A DNA stretch of 64,000 bases. Origin: Candidatus Saccharimonadota bacterium. Lineage in GTDB: Bacteria; Patescibacteriota; Saccharimonadia; Saccharimonadales; JAXHMH01. Shown here in pieces: positions 16,467-27,091 of the stretch. Each line of letters begins with the position of its first letter. The first letter of the stretch is position 1. Under the pieces are notes generated by a model. That model made no database searches. It worked only from the letters and a program-made list of their open reading frames with translations, and was not told where the DNA came from. Location: the NCBI GenBank assembly GCA_034521515.1, contig JAXHMH010000002.1:24379-88378 (forward strand), written 5' to 3'. The translations under genes were made by a program, and so were the position numbers.

Positions 16467-17939
16467 TTAGTCTTCTACGATTAGACTAGCTCGGAGTAGG
16501 GCAGCTCTGTCGTTAATATCTGGGGCAGGAGCTATGGTAAACATCGCTTCATAGTCCCGATCAAAGAACGTACGGTACGAGCCATAGCTCGGAACTAACC
16601 CGTGTTGATTAGTGCCGTCAAAGTCAAACACATGAACATTACCATCGCTCACCAGATTCAAGCGATGTCCGTCCATCCAGGTCGCTTGACGCTGGTCTGG
16701 TACATCTAGATCTGTATCATAACGAGAAATAGCTTTCTTCTCGGCATCATACACTGCAAACTTACTGCCTGACTGAGCTGCAATCGACCGAGCATTGCCA
16801 GAAAACGAGACGTAGCGCGCATCATCAATCCGTAATATCGCCGCTGGAATAAGCGCCTTGTCCGGGTTTCTAGAAAGGGCATCGACCGGATTTTTATAGA
16901 CATAAATTTTCCCTTCTTTGGGCGTTCCAGCCACCACATACCAAGCCCCGTCATATCGAGCAATATCCAGTAAATTATTTTTAGCGTCAGCAAGCTCCTT
17001 TAGCTGATGTTTGCCGTTGCCGTCTAGTATATTCAAAGACACTGTCTCATTGTCTTTAGGATCAACAGCCGTATAAAGAACTACATCGTTACCGTGGGTG
17101 TGATACTGGTTAACATTTTGTAACACGAGTGTAGATTCCGGGTCTTGCAGTGTCCTGGTTCGCAACGTAAGATTCGCGCTGTTATATAAGTAAAACTCGT
17201 CGTGGCTCTTGTCTTTAAGCGTCACTTTGCTAAACGTTTGAGTAAACTCTGTACTCAAATTTACGCTATTGTTTGGTTGCTCACGATCTACCAAGACATA
17301 CTCTGTACCAGCATCAAACGTATGCTTCAACAGAACATGGCGGTTATTTGTTGACCACTCTACAAGCTCAATACGGCTGTTTTGACCTTTAGTAAACACA
17401 CCTTCCGGAATGAGTAATGCAGAGCTTGTAACCGTTTCACCACTTAGGTCAATCTCATCAAACACAGTCACGCTACTGGTGCGCTGCGCAAGCAACCATT
17501 GGCGATCGGGACTTTGCGTAATGAACCTAGGAGGTTGCGATCCATAAAGCTGCGCTACATTTGTATTGAGATTTTCAGGAAACAAGAAAGGGTATACAAA
17601 TCGTTGTATATTGCCACCACCGAGTAGGAAGCTACGGCTCCAATCTCTATAGCCCTCACGCCACAAATCAAGCGTGTAACTTCCCGCGGGGAGTACCATG
17701 CGTCGGTCGGTTGCTCCTTTATTTTCTCCGTTTAACATAACTTGGGCTGGTTCGGGTTGAGCGTCTACAAACAGCAAACCATTTTGGGTTATATCACCAG
17801 TGCGCAAGTTGTAATTATAGCCGTAAGCTTGAAAAAGCAGTAACGTCGCCAAACTCAATATCAAAACTGCCATCAGTCCGTAACCGATATAGAGCCTTAT
17901 TTTATGTGCACGTTTCTTTTTGGGGTCTAAAAAATCCAT
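16467..17939 (-). CDS. PEGA-domain membrane-anchored protein
   Basis: N-terminal TM then LLFVDAQPEPAQVMLNGENKGATDRRMVLPAGSYTLDLWREGYRDW (PEGA-like beta-sandwich motif), followed by large beta-rich domain. Confidence 0.7.
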   Translation of the reverse strand: MDFLDPKKKRAHKIRLYIGYGLMAVLILSLATLLLFQAYGYNYNLRTGDITQNGLLFVDAQPEPAQVMLNGENKGATDRRMVLPAGSYTLDLWREGYRDWSRSFLLGGGNIQRFVYPFLFPENLNTNVAQLYGSQPPRFITQSPDRQWLLAQRTSSVTVFDEIDLSGETVTSSALLIPEGVFTKGQNSRIELVEWSTNNRHVLLKHTFDAGTEYVLVDREQPNNSVNLSTEFTQTFSKVTLKDKSHDEFYLYNSANLTLRTRTLQDPESTLVLQNVNQYHTHGNDVVLYTAVDPKDNETVSLNILDGNGKHQLKELADAKNNLLDIARYDGAWYVVAGTPKEGKIYVYKNPVDALSRNPDKALIPAAILRIDDARYVSFSGNARSIAAQSGSKFAVYDAEKKAISRYDTDLDVPDQRQATWMDGHRLNLVSDGNVHVFDFDGTNQHGLVPSYGSYRTFFDRDYEAMFTIAPAPDINDRAALLRASLIVED

Positions 17940-18065
17940 AAATTGCGTATTAGACGTTACTTTGTCTATTGGTAGTATAGCGCCAAGAGAAGCGTTATGA
18001 AAGCAGGACTTTCCCAGATAGATACTAGGAACGACTTGCTCCTAACAACGGTTTAGGTTTAAGAT

Positions 18066-19196
18066 GTGTATACTAACTACAAAAAGAGGGTAAAAATTGT
18101 GGCTCAACGGCACAACATAATCGAAATTAACGGTAAGCAATATGATGCTTCGACCGGAAAGCCGATACAAACGTCTACAGCCAACAACCACGGCGTGGGT
18201 TCTCCTAAAAACCCAAATCAAAAAGCCGGTAACGTCGACGGCTTTACAAAGCGTCGCAACAAGCATACGACTTCTAAACAACCCCAAACTCCGCGTCAAC
18301 GTGCTACTACAACTGCTCGCGACGTACATAACAAACAACTCAAATCAAATACATTAATGCGACACGCGGTTAAAAAACCAGCGCAAGCTAGCCCTCATCA
18401 TGCAGAAAATAAATCGGATGTTACAAAAATCAACCCGGCGCAACAAACTAGCGCGCACAGCGAAAGAGCAGCTCGTGCGCATGCAGTTGCAAAGAGCAGG
18501 TTGGTAAGTAAGTTCGGTAGCGGGAACCCGTCACCGATCACTCAAACCGTAGAGAAGCTACCACTCAAGCAGCCACCTATCCATGCCGACCAACCTACGC
18601 CAAGTCATACTCCTCGGTTTCCAAAACAGACCCTGACGATAAGCCCTTTTGAAAAAGCCCTCAAAAGTGCAACTAGCCACGAGCAACCGCACGCTAAAAA
18701 GATTCCAAGGCGACACCACGTCGCTAGGAAGCTTCGCTTAAGCCCCAAAGCTATGAACATAAGCGCGGCACTACTCGTCGTCTTGATTGTAGGCGGATTC
18801 ATAGCTTATCGAAGCGCCCCCGGTATTGCTGTACACGTTGCTGCGACTCGTGCCGGAGTTCGGGCATCATTACCAAGCTACCAGCCAGCTGGGTTTTCAC
18901 TGCAAGGTCCAGTCCAATACAGTAGCGGGCAGATTGCCATAGGATACAAGTCAAACAGTGATGAACGGCAGTTCCGTCTCATTCAGCAGAAGACTGACTG
19001 GGATAGCCAAACTTTACTTAACAATTACATAGCAACCGAAACAAACCAGTACCAAACCTTCCAAAAAGGCGACAAAACTATATATATTTACGATGGTAGC
19101 AATGCTGCCTGGGTTAGCGGTGGTACCTGGTATCAAATTAAAGGCGAGTCAGCTCTAAACGCTGATCAATTAGTACGTATCGCTAGCAGCTTGTAA
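18066..19196 (+). CDS. membrane-anchored protein with disordered basic N-terminus; C-terminal DUF4367-like domain
   Basis: GTG start in track (alternative GTG 18099 after AGAGGG); TM ISAALLVVLIVGGFIAY; C-terminus ...QFRLIQQKTDWDSQTLL...TIYIYDGSNAAWVSGGTWYQIKG resembles DUF4367 (memory only). Confidence 0.65.
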   Translation: MYTNYKKRVKIVAQRHNIIEINGKQYDASTGKPIQTSTANNHGVGSPKNPNQKAGNVDGFTKRRNKHTTSKQPQTPRQRATTTARDVHNKQLKSNTLMRHAVKKPAQASPHHAENKSDVTKINPAQQTSAHSERAARAHAVAKSRLVSKFGSGNPSPITQTVEKLPLKQPPIHADQPTPSHTPRFPKQTLTISPFEKALKSATSHEQPHAKKIPRRHHVARKLRLSPKAMNISAALLVVLIVGGFIAYRSAPGIAVHVAATRAGVRASLPSYQPAGFSLQGPVQYSSGQIAIGYKSNSDERQFRLIQQKTDWDSQTLLNNYIATETNQYQTFQKGDKTIYIYDGSNAAWVSGGTWYQIKGESALNADQLVRIASSL

Positions 19197-19219
19197 TTTC
19201 GGTATTTTTGTGCTATAAT
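19191..19219 (+). promoter_or_regulatory. sigma70-like promoter candidate (TTGTAA-17-TATAAT, extended -10 TG)
   Basis: ttgtaa 19191-19196, 17-nt spacer, tgc-tataat 19214-19219, 6 nt before ATG 19226. Confidence 0.4.
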
Positions 19220-19225
19220 TTGCGT

Positions 19226-19561
19226 ATGTCAAAAGAGTATAGCGATGAATCCATCACTTCGGAGTCTGTTGATTGGAAAAAGACGTCTCGTAACATTTTG
19301 AGCGGCCTTGCTCTTGCCTGTGGTGCGTATTTCGGCGCACAAGCAATCAATGCAGATAGCGAAACGGCAGTGTCTACTGTGGACTTAGATATAACCCCAG
19401 GTGCAGAAACTCAGCAAATCCTGGAGTTAACAGCACAAGACCTTCATATTGCTGTGGCAGGCTTATCGTTGGCAGCAGGCGCAACAGGACTTGCGCCGTC
19501 ACTGCGAAGACAACAAGAAACTCATAGCGCTGATTATCAAAAAACCACAAGCCAAGCCTAG
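19226..19561 (+). CDS. small hypothetical membrane protein
   Basis: MSKEYSDES...; hydrophobic segment ILSGLALACGAYFGAQAI; start moved past the TATAAT box. Confidence 0.5.
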   Translation: MSKEYSDESITSESVDWKKTSRNILSGLALACGAYFGAQAINADSETAVSTVDLDITPGAETQQILELTAQDLHIAVAGLSLAAGATGLAPSLRRQQETHSADYQKTTSQA

Positions 19562-19603
19562 TAAAACTCGCACATCTACCCCTGTCGTGGTATGATTTAT
19601 GCA

Positions 19604-21097
19604 ATGACTAGGACACGATTCGCCCCCAGCCCAACCGGATTTTTACATGTTGGTGGTATTCGTACCGCTTTGTTTGCATGGCTCTTGGCGCGTCAAAATG
19701 ACGGTCAATTCATCTTACGCATAGAAGATACCGATAGAAAGCGTGAGGTTAGCGGAGCAGAGGCTCACATCATGGATAGCCTGAAATGGCTTGGTCTAGA
19801 TTGGGACGAAGGGCCGGACTCAGACGGTTCACATGGATCATACCGGCAATCAGAGCGACTAGACATCTACAAAAAATGGGCGCAGAAGCTCATTGACAGC
19901 GGACGAGCTTACGCCGACCCATACACCACAGCAGAAGTTCAGGCCTTCCGTGATGAGGCCATCAAGAATAAGCAGCCGTTTTTATACCGCAATCACCGGC
20001 CAAAAAAACCGCCAGCATGGGATGGCACAATGCCACTACGCTTTAAATCTAATCCGAAGTTTCTTTCAAACTGGGAAGGCGAAAACGCACCTGTAGTTGA
20101 TGAAGTTATGGGTGATAAAATGTTCAACAACTTAACTATTGACCCGGATACTACCGATGATGTTGTCCTCGTAAAGTCAGATGGTTTTCCTACCTACAAT
20201 TTTGCCCATATAGTTGATGATGCCGAAATGGAAATAACGCATGTATTAAGAGGCCAGGAATTTCTAAGCAGTATGGCAATTTATATGGATATTTATCACG
20301 CCCTTGGGTTGAAGGCACCGAAATTCGCGCACTTACCACATATCATGAACGAACAAGGCAACAAGAAACTATCCAAACGGGACGGCGCCAAAGACATTCT
20401 AGATTACGCCAGAGAAGGCTACTTACCAGAGGCGCTGGTCAGTTTTATCGCCACACTAGGCTGGAATGATGGCACAGAACAAGAAGTCTTTACGGTTAAT
20501 GAGCTGATCGAAAAATTTAGCCTAGATCGGGTACATAAAAGCGGTGCTCGGTTTGATGAGCGCCGATTACTGTGGGCCAATGGGCATTTCTTACGCCAAC
20601 TTGATATAAAAACGCTGTACGCACTATCAGTTGGCGAAAATTCAAAAACCAAATACCAGAGTACAGACTATTGGCCAGAAGAGGCCGAAGATGCCGATGA
20701 AGAATACAAAAAACAAGTGATTGGCTTAGTACAGGAGCGTCTGAAGTTCTTGGCAGAACTACCACAGCTAACTGAGTTCTTCTTTAAAGATTTACCGGTA
20801 AACCCAGAGCTTATCAGCAGCCATAAACAGCTTAAGAAGCTTGAAAAAGACGACTTAAAAACACTACTGCAAACCGCCCGGGAAGAGATAGCTCAAAGCG
20901 ATTTTACGACAGACGATTTACAGAACCGCCTCAATGCCTTACTAACTCTCACACACACTAAGCCTGCCGTGCTGTTTAGTCTAATCCGTATTGCTACCAC
21001 CCAAAGTCCGGCCAGCCCCGGGCTAGCTGAAACCATGACCGTACTCGGCCGCGAAACTACTCTGCGCCGTATTGATCAGCAACTACGTCTGTTGTAG
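19604..21097 (+). CDS. gltX: glutamate--tRNA ligase
   Basis: MTRTRFAPSPTGFLHVGGIRTALFAWL (HIGH-type), KLSKRDG (KMSKS-type); alternative ATG at 19592. Confidence 0.95.
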   Translation: MTRTRFAPSPTGFLHVGGIRTALFAWLLARQNDGQFILRIEDTDRKREVSGAEAHIMDSLKWLGLDWDEGPDSDGSHGSYRQSERLDIYKKWAQKLIDSGRAYADPYTTAEVQAFRDEAIKNKQPFLYRNHRPKKPPAWDGTMPLRFKSNPKFLSNWEGENAPVVDEVMGDKMFNNLTIDPDTTDDVVLVKSDGFPTYNFAHIVDDAEMEITHVLRGQEFLSSMAIYMDIYHALGLKAPKFAHLPHIMNEQGNKKLSKRDGAKDILDYAREGYLPEALVSFIATLGWNDGTEQEVFTVNELIEKFSLDRVHKSGARFDERRLLWANGHFLRQLDIKTLYALSVGENSKTKYQSTDYWPEEAEDADEEYKKQVIGLVQERLKFLAELPQLTEFFFKDLPVNPELISSHKQLKKLEKDDLKTLLQTAREEIAQSDFTTDDLQNRLNALLTLTHTKPAVLFSLIRIATTQSPASPGLAETMTVLGRETTLRRIDQQLRLL

Positions 21098-21254
21098 CCA
21101 CATCTCCAATTCTACTCTCAAGTACACTCAAGCTCATCTCCAGCCTGTCAAGCTCACGCTGAGTATGGTTTATTTGCGATAACACTTTGAGACGTTCTAT
21201 AGCAAAATCTGCCGAAGGTGCTTCTGGCTTGTCATAATCCATAAATTTCTCCAT
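21057..21254 (-). CDS. small hypothetical coiled-coil protein
   Basis: 65 aa, overlaps gltX 3' end by 41 nt on the opposite strand; no homology recognised. Confidence 0.3.
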   Translation of the reverse strand: MEKFMDYDKPEAPSADFAIERLKVLSQINHTQRELDRLEMSLSVLESRIGDVATTDVVADQYGAE

Positions 21255-21394
21255 GATCCCGAGTATGTCGAAAATAGACCTATGATAACGGGTATTGTGC
21301 TATGTATAGTACAATATAATGTAATAAAGCGCAAGTATATGCTCCTGGAACACTTTTCGTAGCTTTAGCGGAGATGGACCTGTCCGTCGTAGCT

Positions 21395-24031
21395 TTAGCG
21401 GAGATGGATTACAGTCTCGTCTTCAGGTGGTTGCGGTTTATCGTTTGGGTTGGATGTGCCATCAGGGGGAGACGACTGAGCTCCGTCCTTATTCTTGCGC
21501 TTTCGGCGACGGCGACGCTTTTTCTTAGGTTTTTCCTCGGTATCATTAGTATTTTTATCGGTTTGCGGCGCATCTTTTAGGCCAGTAGCGACTTTAGCGA
21601 GCCGCTTGTTTAAATCTTCTTTACTGAGCGGGGCTTTCGGTTTTGTTGATCCTTCGGATGCTTCTTTCATTTCTGGCTTTTCTAATGAAGGGGTAGGGGG
21701 TTTTGGCGGTGCGCCGGCTTTCTTGGCAGCAGCCTTTTGTTGCTCGGTAGTTAAGTAACGGTCTTTCACAAATATCTCAATCTCATCACGGTCAACCGCA
21801 AACTGTTTACGGCTGTTGTCTATGATTGCAGAGCTATAATCGTCACCGTAATCTGGCAAATTAAGAGTTGTCGCCGAGAAAGCCTGAGCCTTCTCGCCGT
21901 CAATGGTCATACTCAATGCAAAATGCCGGTTATGCATATGAACAAGATCGTACTCTAAAAACTTTGGTTCAAAATAACGTTGCATTATCCGGGCGTCGTC
22001 GGCACTCATCCTAAAGCCAATAATCGAGCCGACGTTACCAAACACGGCGTCTTTTACGCTCAAACTCATCTGAGCTATATACTGGTTAGCGACAGTTAAA
22101 TTCAGACCGTATTTACGAGCCTCTGAAAGAATGGTCGCAAACGAGTCAGTGGCAAAATTTTGAAATTCATCAACATATAGATAAAACGGCAAACGTTCGT
22201 CAAGTGACACATCGGCACGGCTCATAGCGGCCATCTGTATTTTTGTCACCAAAAGTGCTCCAAGTAAGCTGGCATTATCTTCACCAATTAGCCCGCGGCT
22301 TAAGTTCACTATGAGTATCTTACGCTCATCCATAATCTTACGAATACTAAAGCTACTTTTTGGCTGGCCGATGATATTACGTACAATCGGGTTAGCCGTA
22401 AAGGCTCCAACCTTATTAAGTACCGGAGCTACAGCTTCAGCGGCAAATTTATCGTTCCAACTAGCAAACTCTACCAGCCAAAAATTCCGTACTACCGGAT
22501 CTTCTACATATTCCAAAACTTCGGCGCGAAATTTTTTGTCAGTTAGAATACGAGTAATATCCAGCATGGTTGCTTGCGGATAATCAAGTAGAGCCAGCAA
22601 GCTGTAGCGCAAAATATATTCCAGCCGTGGCCCCCAAGATTCAAACATTCTTTTAAGTACACCGATGAGTTCTGAGGTGGTATGCGTCTTAAGGGACTCA
22701 TCATACACTTCCATGGGGTTAAAGGCGATAGGGAAGTTTGTATCTGCAGGATTAAAGTAAATTACGTCATTGACGCGCTCTGGCGGAATACGTTTTAAGG
22801 TGTTTATAGCATAATCGCCGTGCGGATCAACCACCGCAAAACCGTACGGACTGTAAATATCCGATATAGTTAAGAGCTCGAGCATACCGGACTTACCAAC
22901 ACCGGTTTGACCAATAATGTATATATGACGCCCGCGATCAGACCGCGGCATGCCAAACATTGAATTATGACCGCGAAAATTAGTCACCGCAATCGGGCTA
23001 ACTTCGTCTCTGTTGTTGTCAGATACCAACGGTAGGTTAGCTGGCGGTTCAGCGGTAGTAGCATTGGCCCACAGTATGTTGGGAGTTTCTACGTTGGTAT
23101 GCGGCAGGTGATACAGACTAGCTACTTCCTCGATATTACAAATAAAACCAGTACCCTTAAAGGCTCGTCGTTTGTACAGATCTATCATTTTTTGATCGGC
23201 ACTTAGGTAACTTTGTTTAAAGCCGTTAAGATAGGTCGTATTAAATTGCTTAAAGCTTGCAGTAATCGCCTGGAAGCGCATTTTTGCCTGGCTGGTTGTC
23301 CCGTGGCCGCGATACACTACTCGCAAAGCAACGTCGTATGCCAGTTTCTGGCTCTTTTCTTCAGCCGCACTTGCTTTGGTAGTCTCATGCTCGGCTAGTT
23401 TGGCTGCCTGTCCGCCAGCTTTCGCCTCTGGGGGCGCCCACAAAGCAGAGGCTATTCCTGATGAGCCGCCACTAGCACCCTTGTTGCGAATACCGCCGGC
23501 AAACTTTTCACTTTTTTTATGCCAAGTCTCCGAGGCGGGTCTTAACACTACTTGCAGCCATGCTTCTTCATCTTCGTCGAATTGGGCTAAGGCAGCTGTA
23601 ATTGCTGCTAAGGGGTCTACCTCAAAACTCGGAAAGGTTTTAATCGGCAGCGCAGAGTTTGCAGATAGTTTTAATTCACCAACCAACTGGGCGGTAAAGT
23701 GAGCACCATCATCTTTAGAATAATCTTCAACTTCAGATATATGAACCGTTGGGTACTGTGCGTAAATCTGTTCCTCGACAAAGCTTTTTAGGTGATCAGG
23801 CACCCAAACATAAAAACCGATTCGCTTGGCTTTTACTGCAATTTCAAAACTAACTCGTTCGTGTACCGGCTTTTTAAACAAGCTTTTTTGCGCCGATGTT
23901 AAAAGGCCGTGCAGGCTGGCAAACATCTGCTCGGCTGCCAGCTCTTTCTTCTCGTTTGTTCGAGGCACTTGTAGCAGTAATACTGAACCAACGTTTACAG
24001 AAGCAGGGTCTTGCTGTTTCTTCAAAATCAT
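21395..24031 (-). CDS. VirD4/TraD/TraG-like (T4SS coupling-protein-type, HerA/FtsK-superfamily) ATPase with polybasic tail
   Basis: Walker A IIGQTGVGKSG, Walker B LPFYLYVDEFQNF, ...ARKYGLNLTVANQY; large N-terminal domain; tail EEKPKKKRRRRRKRKNK. Confidence 0.8.
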   Translation of the reverse strand: MILKKQQDPASVNVGSVLLLQVPRTNEKKELAAEQMFASLHGLLTSAQKSLFKKPVHERVSFEIAVKAKRIGFYVWVPDHLKSFVEEQIYAQYPTVHISEVEDYSKDDGAHFTAQLVGELKLSANSALPIKTFPSFEVDPLAAITAALAQFDEDEEAWLQVVLRPASETWHKKSEKFAGGIRNKGASGGSSGIASALWAPPEAKAGGQAAKLAEHETTKASAAEEKSQKLAYDVALRVVYRGHGTTSQAKMRFQAITASFKQFNTTYLNGFKQSYLSADQKMIDLYKRRAFKGTGFICNIEEVASLYHLPHTNVETPNILWANATTAEPPANLPLVSDNNRDEVSPIAVTNFRGHNSMFGMPRSDRGRHIYIIGQTGVGKSGMLELLTISDIYSPYGFAVVDPHGDYAINTLKRIPPERVNDVIYFNPADTNFPIAFNPMEVYDESLKTHTTSELIGVLKRMFESWGPRLEYILRYSLLALLDYPQATMLDITRILTDKKFRAEVLEYVEDPVVRNFWLVEFASWNDKFAAEAVAPVLNKVGAFTANPIVRNIIGQPKSSFSIRKIMDERKILIVNLSRGLIGEDNASLLGALLVTKIQMAAMSRADVSLDERLPFYLYVDEFQNFATDSFATILSEARKYGLNLTVANQYIAQMSLSVKDAVFGNVGSIIGFRMSADDARIMQRYFEPKFLEYDLVHMHNRHFALSMTIDGEKAQAFSATTLNLPDYGDDYSSAIIDNSRKQFAVDRDEIEIFVKDRYLTTEQQKAAAKKAGAPPKPPTPSLEKPEMKEASEGSTKPKAPLSKEDLNKRLAKVATGLKDAPQTDKNTNDTEEKPKKKRRRRRKRKNKDGAQSSPPDGTSNPNDKPQPPEDETVIHLR

Positions 24032-24177
24032 TAAATAAAATTATACGATAATTTACTCTGTTTTTCAAGCATAAGCTTAGTCTCAACAACTTTATTGCGC
24101 GTGGCATTTTTCGCCACAACGTATAGTTTATAGTCCTTGTGGTTGTGTGACAAACACTGCTACAATGTAGCCCATCT

Positions 24178-25425
24178 ATGCTAGACGATATCAAGCCGTC
24201 GTTACCGACGGATGGTGAAAGGGGGTCGCCCCCTCCTCATCCTCACGACACACAAACACATAACACACACCACAACAGCTTCGACAGTGCCAGTGTAGCT
24301 GACGAAAGCGGCAGTATTCCTGTAGCCCAAATTGGGCACATCAGTCACGTATCGTTTAAAGACCGCTTGTTTTCCACGTGGCATAAACTCACAAAAAGAA
24401 AGCGTATTCTGCTACTTACTAGCTTAGTCGGACTACTCATCGGTGGCAGTGTGGCTGGATATTTTATATTTATTAAATCTGACCCGCCGCCAGCACCAGT
24501 TGTTATTCAAGAGCCCGAACCAGAGCCCGAACCAGAACCGACCACTAAACCATCTCCGCTGACCGGTGTCGAAGTAGCTATTAAACTCGCGGAACTACCA
24601 GTGACCGGCATCATGATAGAAAACAGCCCCGAAGCCCGACCTCAATCCGGTCTACGTGATGCCGGTGTAGTGGTTGAAGCAGTCACTGAAGGTGGCATTA
24701 CCAGGTTTTTAGCCCTTTTTCAGGAGTCAAAGCCCAAAACGATAGGCCCAGTAAGATCTGCCCGAACTCATTTTCTTGACTTTGTTGTCCCATTTGACGC
24801 AGCTCTCGCACATGTTGGTGGTAGCGGCCACGCCCTGAATGAGATTAGCCACCAAAACATACGCAGCCTCAATCAGTTCACATACCCCGGAGCTTATCAA
24901 CGCTCCAATGCTCGATACGCTCCACACAACATGTACACCAGCCGCCAACAACTGCTTGAAGTCCATAAGCAAGCCGGTTTTAATAAAAGTAATTTCAAAG
25001 GTTTTCTACGAAAAGAGCCGGCACCATCAAAAACACCCAAAGCTTCTACCATAAACCTCAACATTTCTAGTTTTAACTATAATTCCAGCTATAACTACCA
25101 TGCAGAGTCGAATACCTATAGGCGAACCATGGCTAACCAGCCACACATGGACGAGACTAGCGGTAAGCGCATTTCACCTGACGTGGTGGTGGCATTAGTT
25201 GCCAAACACTCCTACGCCGGCATATACTCAAGATATAAGATTCGCGGCAGCGGCGAGGTATTTGTGTTCCAGGATGGCAAAGTTATCCGAGGAACGTGGC
25301 ATAAAGCAAACAGAAGTGCCGAACTAACCTTTAAAACAAAATCTGGCGAACCACTTGCGCTTAATCCGGGTCAGACCTGGATTACACTTGCCGACAACGC
25401 AGGACAAGTGACACACTCGCCATAA
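24178..25425 (+). CDS. DUF3048-family membrane-anchored protein
   Basis: TM then PEPEPEPEP linker then PLTGV...VTGIMIENSPEARPQSGLRDAGVVVEAVTEGGITRFLALFQ...PVRSARTHF, the pattern I recall for DUF3048 (YerB-like). Confidence 0.7.
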   Translation: MLDDIKPSLPTDGERGSPPPHPHDTQTHNTHHNSFDSASVADESGSIPVAQIGHISHVSFKDRLFSTWHKLTKRKRILLLTSLVGLLIGGSVAGYFIFIKSDPPPAPVVIQEPEPEPEPEPTTKPSPLTGVEVAIKLAELPVTGIMIENSPEARPQSGLRDAGVVVEAVTEGGITRFLALFQESKPKTIGPVRSARTHFLDFVVPFDAALAHVGGSGHALNEISHQNIRSLNQFTYPGAYQRSNARYAPHNMYTSRQQLLEVHKQAGFNKSNFKGFLRKEPAPSKTPKASTINLNISSFNYNSSYNYHAESNTYRRTMANQPHMDETSGKRISPDVVVALVAKHSYAGIYSRYKIRGSGEVFVFQDGKVIRGTWHKANRSAELTFKTKSGEPLALNPGQTWITLADNAGQVTHSP

Positions 25426-25439
25426 TGTGAGGTATTAGG

Positions 25440-26978
25440 GTGGATAATTTTTCAAGACTCAAAAGCCATGTAAAGTCATTAATTTTAATTAGTCTGTTTA
25501 CGGTGGCGGCAGCTGGCATCGGCGGATCGTGGTTTTTAAATGAAATACTCGGCGTCAACCCGCTTTTGGCAGCAGCCGGAGGGCTTGGGCTCGTTGGAAT
25601 AACAAGTATTTTTGTAACACAAATTCTAACAGATTACGCGCTGCGTCCGTTGCAGTTTTTGCGCCAAGCAATATTACACGTTTCGCCTGAGCATAGCAGT
25701 GCTCCAGCTCCAAATCTGGAAACAATAAAGCCGGGTCGCGAGCTTGTGACAAGTCTAGCTCTTGAGGTATACCAGATGGCTAGCCAAGCTCAAGAAGGCA
25801 GCCAAGAAAACTCTGAACGCCTACAGAACGTTACACAATCGGCTCAAATAGTCAGCCACATGCCGCTACCGTTATTTGTGTTCAACAAAGAACAGCTTGT
25901 CACCAACGCTAGTGCCGCAGGGGTAGAGTATTGTGGAGTGAACAGCGCAGATATGTTCGGCAAACCCTTATATGACAGCGTTGATATGGAATTTCCAAAC
26001 GAGTTCACACTAGAAAAATGGATTACTGATTGTCAGGCCAACAAAGTTACCGACACCGCATATTGGGAGCGAGTTCGTATCAGAACCAAAGGCGATAAAG
26101 CCGAGCTGCGGCAATGCGACATGGCGGCTTATTACAACCGTGATAATCCAAGCGGTACAGAGTTTATTGTCACACTGTTCGACCGCACTGAAAGGTATAA
26201 CGTCGACGACCAATCACTCAGTTTTGTGGCTCTGGCTGTACACGAACTACGGACACCGCTGACAATTCTTCGAGGATATATAGAAGTTCTTGAGGACGAG
26301 CTTGGTAACTCCTCAGAGGAGATGGCTGGTTTTATGTATAAATTGCAAGTTTCAGCCAACCAGTTGACGGCCTTCGTGAACAACATACTGAACGTAGCCC
26401 GTGTCGAAGACAATCAACTCGTATTGAGTCTCAGCGAAGAAAAGTGGGATGAAGTTCTTGGCCATGCGGTAGACGACATGAAACTCAAGGCGCAAGTGCA
26501 CGGAAAAACGCTTGACTGCACAATAGCACCAAACCTACCAACAGTGGCAGTAGACCGTGTCAGTATTTATGAAGTCATCAACAACCTGATTGATAATGCC
26601 ATAAAATATAGCCAGGGTGCCGATAAAATTACTATAAAATCCGGACTCAGCAAAGGCGGATTGATAGAAACTACTATTACTGACTACGGGGTTGGAATAC
26701 CAGAAAGCGTCATGCCTAATCTGTTTGAAAAATTCTACCGGAACCACCGAACACGAGCTCAGATAGGAGGTACGGGTCTCGGCTTATACCTAAGTAAGGC
26801 CATAATCTCTGCTCACGGCGGTCAGATCTGGGCAAAATCCAAAGAAGGCGAGGGAAGCACGTTTGGTTTTAGTCTACTCCCATATGCGCAGCTAGACGAA
26901 CAGAAGAAGAGCGGTGACAAAAATATTGTACGCAACGCCCACGGCTGGATAAAAAATCACTCATTGTATAGACGATAG
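25440..26978 (+). CDS. sensor histidine kinase
   Basis: GTG start; 2 TM; H-box LAVHELRTPLT; N box NLIDNAIKYS; G boxes DYGVGIP, GGTGLGLYLSK. Confidence 0.9.
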   Translation: MDNFSRLKSHVKSLILISLFTVAAAGIGGSWFLNEILGVNPLLAAAGGLGLVGITSIFVTQILTDYALRPLQFLRQAILHVSPEHSSAPAPNLETIKPGRELVTSLALEVYQMASQAQEGSQENSERLQNVTQSAQIVSHMPLPLFVFNKEQLVTNASAAGVEYCGVNSADMFGKPLYDSVDMEFPNEFTLEKWITDCQANKVTDTAYWERVRIRTKGDKAELRQCDMAAYYNRDNPSGTEFIVTLFDRTERYNVDDQSLSFVALAVHELRTPLTILRGYIEVLEDELGNSSEEMAGFMYKLQVSANQLTAFVNNILNVARVEDNQLVLSLSEEKWDEVLGHAVDDMKLKAQVHGKTLDCTIAPNLPTVAVDRVSIYEVINNLIDNAIKYSQGADKITIKSGLSKGGLIETTITDYGVGIPESVMPNLFEKFYRNHRTRAQIGGTGLGLYLSKAIISAHGGQIWAKSKEGEGSTFGFSLLPYAQLDEQKKSGDKNIVRNAHGWIKNHSLYRR

Positions 26979-27091
26979 AGGATGGAAGGAAGAGTAAGGA
27001 GTAAAGAGATTCGAGACTTGAGATTTGATAAAACGAGCTATTCCAAACTCCATACTCCACACTCCAACCTCTAAGATGATAGAATAGCAGT

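Noticed and set aside
21395-24031. The VirD4-like ATPase as evidence of an integrated conjugative element or prophage in this window
   Set aside because: No relaxase, VirB4, integrase, or capsid or terminase genes are present. The flanking genes are housekeeping (gltX, DUF3048, a two-component system).
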